64,000 nt of DNA. It comes from Stylophora pistillata. Lineage: Eukaryota. Under the pieces are notes generated by a model. The model saw only the letters and a program-made list of their open reading frames with translations. It did no database searches and was not told the origin of the DNA. The stretch spans positions 1,165,151 through 1,229,150 of the forward strand of contig NW_019217808.1 in the NCBI RefSeq assembly GCF_002571385.2. Direction: 5' to 3'. Below are positions 22,287 to 45,204 of the stretch, piece after piece. Positions within the stretch are counted from its first letter, which is position 1. Each line of letters begins with the position of its first letter. Both the position numbers and the translations under genes were made by a program.

Positions 22287-25200
22287 ATGGCAACAGCTAT
22301 AACCGAAGATATCCGAGGAGACAATAATCGAAGGTAGCGATAAGTTACGTTAATTCGTGAATCTGTAAAATGAAGATTTTCTTACTTGAATCTCTTTGTT
22401 TACATTTTGCAGTGTAGTTGCATCATCTGTAGAACTCGAGAGATCAAGATGCTGGTTTCAGAGAAGATGTTCATGGCGACCAACCTCTGAAAGATTGCTG
22501 GAAGTTGCAGAGTCCAGAATTTGGAAATGTAAGTTTTCGATCTTTTGATTCACGTACAAGCAAGGGCAAGCCAAATGAAATGTTGGCAGTGTTCCTTGTT
22601 AGTTCCCCGCCCGGCGAGGGGCTCATCGTAACTTTGCAACAGTATACAGGTGCAGGCTCTAGAAAACCACAAATGGGGCCTCGTTAAATTAACTTAGTGC
22701 CAGTGCCTGCGGGTAAAGTCTATCAGCGTTACTAAGTTGTGTTTTCGGTTTATGGCCTTTCATATGGAAAAACTAATGAAGATGGAAGAGTAAAATCCTT
22801 TATTAAGTTGGGCCATTCCATTTAATATCCACACCCCCCCTATTGAAGGCCTGGGATTTCTTAAGGGGAGGGGGGTCAATGCTATATTTTTTCTTAGGGG
22901 GGTTGAACGATATTTCTGAGAGGGGTCGCAATAAAGTACCCTTGACAGAAATTCTCATGAGTAGTTTCTGAAGGGGGTTCAATTGGTTTGCTTAATATTA
23001 GCTACATAAAATTCTGAAGGGGGTAATTTCAGGCAATTCTTAAGGGGGTTAAAAAATTTCTTTTCTGGAGGGGTGTTACAGGAAAGTCTTCAATTGGGGG
23101 GTGCGGATTTTAAATGGAATGGCCCGTTTATCCCAGTCATTGGGCCACAAGGTTCATTTGACAACATGGTTACTTGTAGATAACGACGACTGCGCAAATG
23201 CATCTTCTTGCGCAAAAAACAAAACAAAACAAAGCAAAAATAAGAGGCAAATTGGAATTTAGCAAAAAGATGGGTGAAGCGATATCAGCCCCACTGACCA
23301 GGTTCATTAATGAAGAGACCTTCAGAGTAAGGTGACATTAACTTTGCCCAAAATGTCTACGTCATTTGCCAAAGTTTATCAAAATAATAAATTAATATTT
23401 AGCACAACAGCGACTTTCAATTGACAACAGTGAACACAAAATATTTACCATGATCTATTTATTAGGTATTGGATCATGAAGGCATTAATTGCTATAGCCT
23501 CAAGTCATGGAAGTTAACATTATTTTACCACATGATTGTGTTTCCATATAGTTGTTAAGTCTCGTTATGAGGGTAAATATGTGCCTGTGGAAAAAGATGA
23601 AAAGATATGGACCTTAAAGTTTAATCCTAATGCAACTAAAGCACCACTGGTCATGATTCACGGCTTCGGAGGAGGTGCAGGCCTGTGGGCAATGAACATT
23701 GATGCCTTGGCAAAACATAGGACTGTCTATGCAATTGATGTATTAGGATTTGGCCGCAGCTCACGACCACAGCTTAGTGGAGACCCACAAGAAGCTGAAG
23801 AACAATTTGTTAAGTCAATTGAACAATGGCGGCAGGAAATTGGGATAGAAAAGTTTGTTCTCCTAGGACACAGCTTTGGTGGCTTTCTGGCAAGTTCCTA
23901 TGCATTAAAACATCCTTCCAGAGTTCAACATCTCATCTTGGCAGATTCCTGGGGGTATTCAGAGAAACCAGAAAAATTACAGTACAATATTCCAACATGG
24001 GTGAAGATTGTGGCAACTCTTATCCGTCCATTCAACCCACTGGCAGGACTGCGAGCTGCAGGTCCATGGGGTAAGTTATAAACAATTAAATCTGTTCTTA
24101 TTGGTTACACATTTTATGATTAAAAAATTTTTATTTGGGTTTCACTCCCAACCAATTCAGATCTCTTATTTAGTTTCTTTCTTCCCTGAAAACTTACCAA
24201 TAGTGGTTTTAGTAATCTTCCTTAACAAGGAGTTTCTTTTTTATTGTGTACATTCAAAGTGTACATTCAAATTAATTGAATGTACACTTTGATTAAATGC
24301 TCTTATTAGCAGAGGTCCTTTGAAAATAAAGTACATTATTACTGATTGTGTAAAATTGAACTTGGAGATTATAGTGAAGTGAGTTTCAAATGCATCCTAG
24401 AAGTAAAAAAATATCATAGATGGAAGGAATCCATTTGATTACAACATGTCTGGCCATAATGAAGATAAATGTTACTCACAAAAATACATTTAAAGTGATA
24501 TGCAAGTTTTGTTTTGTCTTGTAGGCCCATCACTGGTGCAGAAATTTAGGCCTGACCTTCAAGGGAAATTTGCTGGTCTTTTGGAAGATGACACCATTTT
24601 CAACTACATTTACCACTGTAATGCTCAGAAACCAAGGTGAATACAAGAACAGAATAATGTGTTATGAAAGTCAGCAAAAGCCCTTCTCCCCCATTAAGCC
24701 ACTTCTCTAAAGAGCTCCTCTTTCCATAAACTTTCCTCTCAATTTTGCCCCTCACAACTACCCTTCTCTTTAATAAACCCCCCTCTCAAGTGTACCTTTC
24801 TGGAAATTTCCCCCTCTCCAATACACCCTTTCTCCAATTATAATCTCATTATAAAGGCCCAGAAATAAATAAATAAACCCTGCAAGCCCACAAAGGTTTA
24901 CTTGTGTCTTGATAAATGATGATAAGATAAATAAATAAATGGGATTTGGTGGTGGACTTTTCACAAGGTGGCTCTTCTTGTCCACTGTTTCAAGGTTGAA
25001 TTGGAATTTAGAATGTTGGTTTTTGTGTCTTTTTCAGTATGAGGAAATAAGTTTGTGAAAACTCTCTCAGACAACATGGCTGATTCTTTTCTTTTTTCAG
25101 TGGTGAAACAGCTTTCAAGAGGATGTCAGAGATGTATGGCTGGGCAAAGTATCCCATGATTCACAGGATTGGGGAAATGGACAAAAACATTCCAATGACA

Positions 25201-25398
25201 ATGATTCATGGCTCAGAGTCTTGGATAGATTGTTCACCCAGCTATCAAATTAAAAATAGTCGCAGTGGTTATGTTGATATACAAGTGATTACTCATGCTG
25301 GACACCATGTTTATGCAGATCAGCCATGGGCATTCAACCAAGCTGTGAATAAAGTTTGTCACAGAGAGGATAAACTTATTACTGTGACTATTAACTGA
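22287..25398 (+). CDS. ABHD4: ABHD4/ABHD5-family alpha/beta hydrolase, copy a, 363 aa, 5 exons
   Basis: Exons 22287-22333, 22413-22528, 23552-24070, 24525-24636, 25101-25398. Motifs [25 protein letters not shown] nucleophile elbow, [15 protein letters not shown] and HHVYAD (HX4D). Confidence 0.92.
22810..23125. mobile_element. PIF/Harbinger-like MITE
   Basis: TIR GGGCCATTCCATTTAA(T/A)ATCC(A/G)CACCCCCC, 3-bp direct repeat GTT on both sides, internal ttctgaagggg repeats. Confidence 0.75.
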
Positions 25399-25804
25399 AC
25401 CGAGGCTCACAGCCATTAAACATGTAAAATAATGGGGGTATTACTGAGACTTCAATTATTAATATCTCTCTAGTGATTGAACATAACAGTAACCAAGTCA
25501 TTTCTGCTTGAAGCTGACTTGTTCAGTAAGACATTTGTGTCAACAATCATTACACTAACTTAAAGTTAAACTTAGAAATCTGCCTATTAAATACCAGTAC
25601 CTAATTTTGATAATCACATTGGCTAGAAAATCACAGAAAATTTGGAGAAGAATTTGGGTTTGAATAACCCAACATTTAAAACTAAGCAGTTGACATCGTG
25701 ATGTCCTTTTCAAAGGTTTTGGTCTGGGGAGATGAATACGAGCAGCCAGGCTGTCTAACATATTTATGCATGTATTAGCTAAGGTATGGAACACCGTTTG
25801 TAGC

Positions 25805-26057
25805 AAAATTCAATCTAGTCAAATATTTATTCAATCTAATCATTTTGGCGTGATACAATTTAATTCAATCTTCTAAACATATTCAAACAATCGGAAAAAG
25901 CATTCAGTTCAAACCCATGTTTTTCAGTTTAATTTAATAAGAGTGAATATTTATTCAGTCCAATCACAGAAATATCTATTCAATCCAATCACAGAAATAT
26001 AGTTATTCAATCCACTCAAAAACATATTCAATGCAATCCTCTAGAAATTCATTCAAT
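25805..26057. repeat. Degenerate (atattcaatc(c/t)aatca) minisatellite-like array
   Basis: Repeated attcaatc and tccaatcacagaaatat units. Confidence 0.55.
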
Positions 26058-27401
26058 CTTCCTGGGGCCAGCACGGCCAAACCTGGCTTGTAGGGGACTT
26101 GGAATAGAAACCATAACTTGAAAATGGCAGACATTGGTGCTTTTATTTAGAAACTGATCTTCCCAAGTTTTTGGAGTCTGTTCTTCAAAATGCAGAAATT
26201 GTTTTACAAAACATTGATAGTGAAACTCAAGTAGACGCAGAAATGCATTTTGAAGTAGTAGTTCAAACTGTTTCTTTGATTTGAGCATTGCAAGAGACAA
26301 GTGACATCCAACCATCGGACATAAGATATCGCAGCATGCTCACTGTTAGGTTCTGAGAATACAGTAAAGACTCAAGTTACTGTTAAAATTTGATAATTTT
26401 GATGTTCTGTTTCATGCATACTGTACATTTCAGTCTGCCCAGGGAAGGTAAATCAAATGTATTGTATACCATACTTACCCAAGTAATAAAAATGGCATGT
26501 TAAAATACTGGTACACACCCCATTTCTGGTTTCTTAGGAGAATTTATTTGAAATGTGTTAAAGGACTTCAACAACGAGGCCTGTAGGCTGGATGTGATAT
26601 AAACGAAGCACAATGGGAGAGGGGTTTGAAGCAGATCAAGGTTCAAAAAGTGTATGGACTAAATCTCCAAGGCTGTGTGAGCATTTCATCAATGGAATAT
26701 GCAGATCTTATTTTATGATAGTGTGTATGACATACAGGTAAATACAGTATATTTCACTTAGAAATCAAGACCCTATTTTCAAAATGAAGGTTTTACTGCA
26801 ATAAATATGAAATTACAATAATTTTATATCCAAAAGTCTGACTGAAGTTGCAAAATCAAAGAGTTTAAAACCAGTATTTACTTTGAACACAACTATATCT
26901 ACTTCTTGACTAGGTTGCACTAAAATGGTGAACAATGTAGGGTATTATTGCTCTTGAGGTTAAGAGAGTGCTGGCTAATCACTCATGAGCAGCCTGCAGT
27001 CATGGAAAGATCCAAAACATAGACTTGTGCAAACCATAATACCCTGTTCCCCACCTCCTTAACAAAGTTGATTGAATTTCCTTATTGACATGCATTGTAG
27101 AGGGGGAAGGGGAAAGTCTTCATAAGGTTGTTGAGCAAGTCCACTGCAAAATAATTGTTTAGAAAACAAATGATATTTCACTCACAAATCAATATTGATT
27201 TGGAGTTGTATAATTATATACACATTTTAAGTTAGAATATAATCAGAAATTGAATCAATAAATTTTTTAAACACATTTCAGATAAGTTCTTTTGCTGCAA
27301 TTTGATATTTCTCTCATTGATATATGCATTGTTCTTCATTTATACATTTGGTCTTTTTCAAACTCGTTACACGTGGGATGCTGAGACTCCTTTAAAGCGC
27401 T

Positions 27402-27648
27402 AGAGGAGGCGGTGTGGCCGAGCGGTTAGGGTGCTGGACTTGTAATCCGGTGTCCCGGGTTCAAGTCCTCCACCCTGCCACTCATTGGATTTGTTCTCGG
27501 TTGCCTCTGGTTCAACTCCTCGGCTGTGCTCTGTGAATAGCCCACTGGTCTGCCTCCTGCCAGTGGGGATTTTTAAGCACTTTGTTAGTTTACATTGTGG
27601 CTGAAAAGCCCTTTTAAAGAGTAGCTTCAATTCACGTATTTACTTATT
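27402..27648 (+). mobile_element. tRNA-derived SINE family B
   Basis: A box TGGCCGAGCGG, B box GGTTCAAGTCC, body ggttcaactcctcggctgtgc...ctggtctgcctcctgccag, tail ggctgaaaagccc...tcaattcacgtatttacttatt. Confidence 0.82.
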
Positions 27649-28523
27649 AAAATGAAACAATCATGATTTAAAATTTGGATGAGACACTCATGGTGTCTAG
27701 TCAGTTCACTCTGATCTGGAAGAAAATAAGTTAAATAACAGAAAAACTTACCATGCATTACCCTGCGAGCAGAGCCTTTTCTTCTTTTCTTCTCAACCCT
27801 CCAAGGGAAAAGGTTAGGGTTAACCTTTTTTCCTTTTCGATTCGAGGATGGGTTAAAAAGGCTCTGCTACACCATGCATGCATACATACCGACAAAACCA
27901 TGCATGCATACATACTACACCATGCACATATACCGACAAAAAAAACCTTTAGGTAAGGACGAGAACCAACAACAAACTCAACCCAAAGGTGAGGCCAGGT
28001 CCGATCCTCGGGCTACTGGGAGACGCCTTCACAGTTGTTTTGCTCGGAACTGCTAAGAAATGAGCAAAGGTTGAAACTACACGTGCAGAGCTAGTACCCA
28101 GCTGCTAATTTGTTCTTTTGTTCCGCTACAACGCGTCGCCCCAGGTTACGGTCGTGATTTCCAGTTTTGAAAAGAAAATCGAACGCCTGATCGCAAGTCG
28201 TAGTGATATGATAGCTCCGAGTTTTCTTAAGATGAAGGGCTTAAAAAACCAGCAGCTGATGTCATAGATCGTATTAACAGCTGACCACAGAGTTAAAAAA
28301 AATACAATCCCTCGGGATTTAGTATCTTCCCGCCCAAATACAGCTTCCACTTGCGGTTCAAGGGTCATTAAATGCGCATGTGTGGTGGTGTTCGCGTGAC
28401 GTAACAAAGATAAACAAGACACATGTTTCAATTTATGTCAGACATTGACGCATAGCTGTAAACAAAGAGGACAAATATGATGTGAAGAAAACGTGACCTG
28501 ATTAATAACTCTTAGAATAACAA

Positions 28524-31500
28524 ATGGAGGATACGAAAGATCAAAGGTAGAGTAATAATCAAGTGGTTGTAGTTCTTTAATCTATAGAAGGCTTTCTAAA
28601 GCAGATTGAGACCATTTTGTTTTGTTTTTCTTAGAAGTGTTGGCGAGACTGTATCGACCGCCGGCGCTTCCAGTTGGTTTTGTAACTGGTTTACATGGTC
28701 CCCAACCTCAGAGAAGCTGCTAGAGGAAGCAGAATCTCAAATATTACAAAGTGAGAGTTCAATAATCATTTTTTCTAAGAAATTTAATGGCTGATTTCAC
28801 GATCAAACGAGTGAAACATCTCGTGTATTCTATTGTTACTTAAAAAGTTACGTCAGTTTGTGTAGATTGTTCAAGATCATCGCAAAGCTTTGACTTGTTC
28901 TTTCGCTTTACCGCCTTCACAGAACTACGCGCTGCAGTAGCCCTTTCTTTTTAATCACTGATTTTTTTTTCTACGTTGTACGTGTCCTGCACTGAATGAT
29001 AATTTTGATCAACCGTCTGACCTTGAACTGCCCTTATTACATGCGTGTGCCAAAAAACTTATTACGTAACCAGTGATTCATGTTAAGAATCGTTGTGAGG
29101 AAGGACACTCTCTCGCATTAATTAGGCTTCCCTATTGGCTCATAGACCTCATAGTTAACTCATTCCTGCCAAAGCAATAATTTTTCGATTCTATTGTGAT
29201 TGCATGTATCCCTTGATGCTTTCAGCGAAAAGAGAATTGAAAAATATAAATATTTTACTAACCATTTCACGTAGAATGCTAAATGTAAAGATCCGAGGCT
29301 ATCAAAAAATGATAATCAAAGTGAAAGGGGGGTGATTATCAACTCACTATTTCTAATGAAACTTTCTCTTAGAAACCCAATCTTACTATGAGAGCCAATT
29401 TGTGCCGTTGGGAAATGGACAGAGGATATGGACCTTAAAATTCAGTCCAAAAGCTACTAGAGTACCACTGGTCCTGGTTCATGGGTTTGGAGGAGGTGTT
29501 GGTCTCTGGGCATTAAATTTTGATGCCCTCTCCAAGAACAGGTCTGTTTATGCATTTGATGTGCTGGGGTTTGGTCGCAGCTCGCGGCCTCAATTGAGTT
29601 CAGAGCCATTGGAAGCTGAAGAACAGTTTGTGGACTCCATTGAGAAATGGCGGGAGAAGGTCGGCCTGGAAAAGTTTGTTCTTTTGGGTCACAGCCTTGG
29701 TGGGTTCTTGGCAAGCTCCTATGCCTTGAAGTACCCTTCCAGAATCCAGCATCTGATCTTAGCTGATCCATGGGGATTTCCCGTGAAACCCACAGAAGAT
29801 AATATGAATATACACATCCCTGTGTGGGTCAAATTCTTAGGAGCGGTTTTAAGTCCTTTTAATCCATTAGCTGGATTACGTGTGGCTGGTCCATGGGGTG
29901 AGTGAATTCATTAATTGCAAAGTTGATGCTCATCTTTTAACAGTGGATGCCAGTTTAAGACAAATCCTTGTGCAGCAAATTTTTGAGAGGGTGTGGGGCT
30001 AAAGACAAAGGTAAAAGTTTCAGCCAAAACAGCAAGTCCCAATATCCCATGAGTAATTCTTGTTACTGTCTGCCATATAATTCTTATGATGTTATTTTGG
30101 AGAATTAGGGATCGGATCGACCAATAATGCCTTAATTGAATTTTTCTTTATTCCAAGACATCAAGCTCCTATTTTTTTCCTATGTTTTTCCTATTTTTTG
30201 GCCTGCTTCCTAATTTCTTCCTATTTTTTGGCCACTGCCTTTCCTTTTTTCAGAGAGTCCTTGATACCCTTTTATTCCCATTTATGACTGCTTGATATTG
30301 TATTGATAACTAGGGAGAAAGTCTGTCTTGGTCACTCTTGAAAGTTAAAGGGTAAGGAGGTTCGGTGCTGCAACACAAGCTTTGCATATGAACCATGTAG
30401 GGGCCTGACATGGTAAGTGCGATCCTCATTGGCTCACACTAGATGGTTGAGGCAAAGAGCAAAAGGAAATAACTTCACTTATTGTAAAGTATATTTTATG
30501 TACTTTTATGAATATTTGATGTCACTTTTTCTTGTAATTTTTAGGTCCTTCTCTGGTGAGACAATTCAGACCTGATTTTCAAAGAAAGTTTTCCAGTATT
30601 CTGCCCGATGACACCATATTTAACTACATTTACCACTGCAATGCACAAGTACCTAGGTAAGAGAGATTTGGTGATGAGTAAAGGAGTTCTGTCATTGCCA
30701 CCAAAACGGTTTTATTTACCACTGGTAATACCTACTTTATTTAGCAATGGAGAAAGGCACTGTGAGTGTTTATTGTCTTATCCAAGAAGACAATATAGAA
30801 ACCTCAAGTAAGCTGAACTTCACATTGCTTCTGCCATTAGAGAGAATTAGCATGCATTTACATGAAACAGCAAATGTCAGCTTGCTCTTTCACGTTTCAT
30901 GTGAAATAGCATAAACCTCGGTGCTTTAGCTTTGCCTTAGCTTACATTATGGTGGATTTGAAGGTACCCTTGTATGACCTACAAGGAATAGTTGTGGTGC
31001 CCTTTTTCTGGCAGTTAACTTCTGCTCTATTAGAGAAAAACTGAAAAAAAAATAGTACACGGCAAATGTGAAACAGGTTACTTCCACATAGAAACAGTGA
31101 AGTGCAACCAGCAAACATGAAAAAATGGCTGAAAATCAAGGTCTCATGGTCACTTTTGCCGTTCGCATTCACGTAAATGCGGTGCTAAATCTCTCTAATG
31201 GCAGAAACAATGTGAAGTTCAGCTCATTGGAAATTATGAAGTAATTGCTTGTGTATCATTCAGTGATCAACACTCAATAAAAGATTATTAATTTGATTGA
31301 TATTCTCTACAGTGGAGAGACGGCTTTCAAGAACATGACCATTCCATACGGCTGGGCCAAGCATCCAATGATATATAGAATTGGTAATGTCAACAAAGTC
31401 GTTCCTATAACAATGATTTATGGATCAAGATCATGGATTGATCACAACACAGGAAAGGAAACCAAGGAGAGGCGCAGTGGTTGTTATGTAGATGTTCAGG

Positions 31501-31607
31501 TAATTAGTGGAGCAGGGCATCATGTCTACGTGGATAAACCCGACAAATTCAATGATTTAGTGGAGGGAATATGTCAAAATGTGGATAATGAAGATAGTGC
31601 AAAATAA
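28524..31607 (+). CDS. ABHD4: ABHD4/ABHD5-family alpha/beta hydrolase, copy b, 356 aa, 5 exons
   Basis: Exons 28524-28546, 28635-28750, 29373-29897, 30545-30656, 31313-31607. Same intron positions and phases as copy a (exons 2 and 4 are 116 and 112 nt in both). Motifs GHSLGG, LADPWGF, HHVYVD. Confidence 0.92.
30035..30355. mobile_element. Degenerate piggyBac-like MITE; related copy at about 54793-54960
   Basis: gagtaattctt.ttactgtctgccata.aat.cttat and ggagaaa.tctgtcttgg occur at both loci. This copy ends ...gttaaagggtaa and has a T-rich insertion near 30152-30268. Confidence 0.55.
30811..31224. mobile_element. MITE-like element with about 55-bp terminal inverted repeats in ABHD4 copy b intron 4
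   Basis: agctgaacttcacattgcttctgccattagagagaattagca...catttacatgaa versus ttcacgtaaatg...tgctaaatctctctaatggcagaaacaatgtgaagttcagct. Confidence 0.7.
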
Positions 31608-33933
31608 TTTAGTTTGGGACATGTACATTCAGTCTGTAAATAAGGTTGTCTTAATTGTAGCTTTAATTGTCAAGTTTCTAATTCAGTAAAATTTCATTGC
31701 TTCCAGAACTGCTTGAAAATTTTGTGGTTTCAATTTTTCTCATAATACTTATAGCCCTTAATCTACAAAAATTAGGTTCCCTCTGATTAATTTTTATGGT
31801 ACATAGTGTCAGTTTCTATGCATTGCAAAGTTTGATATTTTAGTTTGCTTCTTTTCTTATTTAAGCATTGTACTTTCCTGAAAATTATTTTCCTAATCAG
31901 GCACAATATCTACTAAATAGAATTCCTGTCAGTATCCAGCAGTCCTAAATCTTCAGTAGAGTTATTGCCTCATTTATTCAGGTAATTAAGATTTAATATG
32001 ATTCATGATAGGTTAATAATGAAACATTTCAGTTTTGAATGAATTGCAAGTGCTGCAATCAAGGTTTCAGTGTCAAGTTTCAATGTAAAATGGGCCTCAT
32101 AACATTTTAAGTAATCCTTGGAAAATGATTTTTTTAAGAACAGTCTGGTCTTAAGCAACCAGAAACCATTGCATGAAACTTCATGAACTGAAATTCATAA
32201 AGTGGTCAATTGTCTGCCAATTATTTATTTATTTAGCAAATTGGAAAAACTGAAGAAATTTTATTTTGGGCCAGACAGAGGTTAAAGCCTGGTATCCTTG
32301 CTAAATTCTGGCTTTTACTCATTAACAATGAAATGAAAGTTATCAGTTGAGAGTACATGAATTATTCAGCTGCTATGTTAAGTTAATGATTCCGCTTCAT
32401 TTTCATCAAATTGCCGCATGCTAAAAATGGAAATTGTGCTTAAGTGAATTTTTTATTTCAAATTATGGGTGTAGGTACTCTTTGATCTGAGTGTGTAAAT
32501 TATTCAGTCAATAGTTCTTCACTGCTTGCTAAATCATTTAGCCAATATTACTATTAACTTATTAAATAAATTTTATTTTAATGTATAGCATAAAACAATT
32601 TGTGATGTAGTTTATAATAATACTTTCAACTGAAAGTAGTTAAGAAAAATTGCACACAATAGACATGAATTCAATTCTCAACATTAGTCAAGTTTAACAG
32701 GGTAATAAATTTGTTGTAGGGTTGTGATAAGTCATAATATTATACTATTCTTTTTAAATACATCTCTTAACTTAGTGTAACTGTGAAAACAATGGTCCTG
32801 TTTGGTGTTCAGTAAATTTTCTCTGCAATTTTCTAGACACTTTAATTTCTGCAAGAGCTTTGGGCACAATTTAATAAGTAAACAGGCACATTTTCCCTGA
32901 TATTAAATGTAAACAGCTCCAGCTTCTCTATTGTTCTATGAAGTATTATGGCTGAGGGGGGAATTAGACAGATATTTTTTTTAATACAATAAACTGAAGG
33001 AAATGTACTCAGAACAACAATATTTTTTATATCCTTAATGTACATTGCATACTGTGAATTATAATGGGAAGATAATTAATGGTACATTTAGTTTTTAACT
33101 CTAATTATTATGTAGCCTACAATACATATAGCTAGGATCAATCTAGATTTCTGAGTAATACTGAATTGACCCATAGCTGGGAACTTAACACCGGAAAGTG
33201 GATAACTCATTTGTCACTCTGGTTATAAACATGCAGAATTCTGATGTTGTATTTCTTGAAAATAAAAATTTGTATTGCACATTTATGTTTGTATAGAATT
33301 TCCTCTTTCCACTATACAGGCTTGGATTGGTTTGACATTATTTTCAGTTGATTAAGTATAATTATATAATCGGCCTTCTGCATGACTCAGCTAAGTCTTT
33401 CTCTATTCAAAAGTGTCTAAATAACATAAAATACAGACAAGATCACCCATGAACACTTGTGAACATGGTTCTCATGTAGCTACAATCTGGTCGCAGATTA
33501 TGAATAAGTTGGGAGAGAAAGATTCTTTGTTGTTCATAGGGCTAAAACGCGCCTCTTCCTCATAGTCAAGGGTGCGAAGATGTATTTTTTCCTTGATTGT
33601 CTTCTACTCACCCAACTGACAAAGTTAGAAAGGAGATATTATTTTATACACACCAGAAATTCTAACAAAATCCTCCCAGTTACTTTTAGAATATAATAGG
33701 CAAATTTTGAAAAAAATTACAAAACAAAGAATTCCCAAAAACTAATTTCTTGCCTTCTTGTAAAATTTATGCATCACATATTGATTTTGGCCTCAATCAC
33801 ATGTCACAGACAAACCCATTGCCACTCTTGTTGCTGAATTTCTATTTATGACAATATTAGACAACTTTTTGACAATTAAAAGCCAACTGCAAGCTATAAT
33901 TTGTACAATGATCTTGCTTTGTGTATCCTCTTT

Positions 33934-43997
<10,064 letters not shown>

Positions 43998-44195
43998 TTT
44001 CAGTTAGAACTTCGTTTCAGCTTCCTTTTGGGACGCTTAAAACTAGTCAAAAGATGAATACGCAGATCTCTAACAAGTTGGCAATGCACTTCCTTCTCTA
44101 AGAAATTCGAAAGTGACATCAACTGGAGGCATTAATTAAGCTTACGGCTAGACAATTCACGTGGTGCTAAATGAGGTATTTTGTAGAAATCCAAC
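43998..44195. promoter_or_regulatory. Compact bidirectional promoter copine / MRPS17
   Basis: Divergent start codons separated by only 198 bp. Confidence 0.65.
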
Positions 44196-45204
44196 ATGGC
44201 GCAGTTCGTGGGAACAGTCATTGGAACCAAGATGAACAAAACAGCAAAGGTCTTGGTTACCAGACTGGCCTTGTATAACAAACTTAAAACTGTGAGTTGG
44301 CGACCTCTTTTTCTTTTCCGTGAATTTTTGTATACACATTTATTGAGGGTTTCGTTGGACACCCGTAACAGTGTGTCCAGTAGGGGAGAATTTAAAAACA
44401 AATCTGTTTAGATGCATGGCAATAAAAAAGATGAAGAAGAATTGCTAGGAATGAGCAGGCTTTTATAGGAATTACTTTGTATCATTTTGTCGTAGTGATT
44501 CCATATGATATCACATTAGTTCATATTGATATCAGACCATATCATGTCTTTTCAAGCAAGTGACTGTCTTGGGTCCTTTATTGCCAATATGCTAGAGGGA
44601 GATAGAATTTATTTACCAGACAAGCAAATCAACCAATCTGTTGGAGTTTGATACTTAACCTAAGTAGCTAGTAACACTTATTCAAGCTTAACAGTCTCAG
44701 CAACATAAAGTTTTTGTGCAATGCATCCCTAGTAAGCCTGACCACTATTACTTGTTTGAAATGTGATTAAAAAGCAACCTCAGACCTGGTTTAAATGCCT
44801 CCAAAATGTAGATTAAATTTATGATAATGTTTTATTTTTTGAAAATTGTAGCACAGAAGTTATTTTGTTTTCATTTTATTCAGCTTTGATTTTATTTTGT
44901 TGTTTTGTTTTTAGTTTCCAGTCACCAAAGTCATAGTTTCGTTGTATTAAACATGACACAAAGTTGAAACTCTTTACCCTTTGATTTCATGTTTTCTCTT
45001 TTATCTCAGTTCTTTAATGAAAGAAAAGTGTACTTTGCCCATGATGAAAATGATGAGTGTGCAAGAGGGGACCTTGTGATCATCAAGGAATGTCAAAGGT
45101 TGAGCAAGAAGAAATATTTTACTGTGACAGAGATAGTTGACAAAGTCCCAAGAGTGGTTGATCCTGAGACTGGACAGATTATTGTGCAAGATAATAGAGA
45201 ATGA
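44196..45204 (+). CDS. MRPS17: Mitochondrial ribosomal protein uS17m, 96 aa, 2 exons
   Basis: Exons 44196-44291 (MAQFVGTVIGTKMNKTAKVLVTRL) and 45010-45204 (FFNERKVYFAHDENDECARGDLVIIKECQRLSKKKYF...VVDPETGQ). S17 signature plus the DPxTG tail of the mitochondrial form. Confidence 0.88.

Noticed and set aside
22287-31607. ABHD4 pair as a haplotype assembly artefact
   Set aside because: Introns are unalignable and the proteins differ at many positions, which indicates an old duplication.
44095-44112. Heat-shock element in the copine/MRPS17 promoter
   Set aside because: GAA/TTC spacing does not match nGAAnnTTCn.
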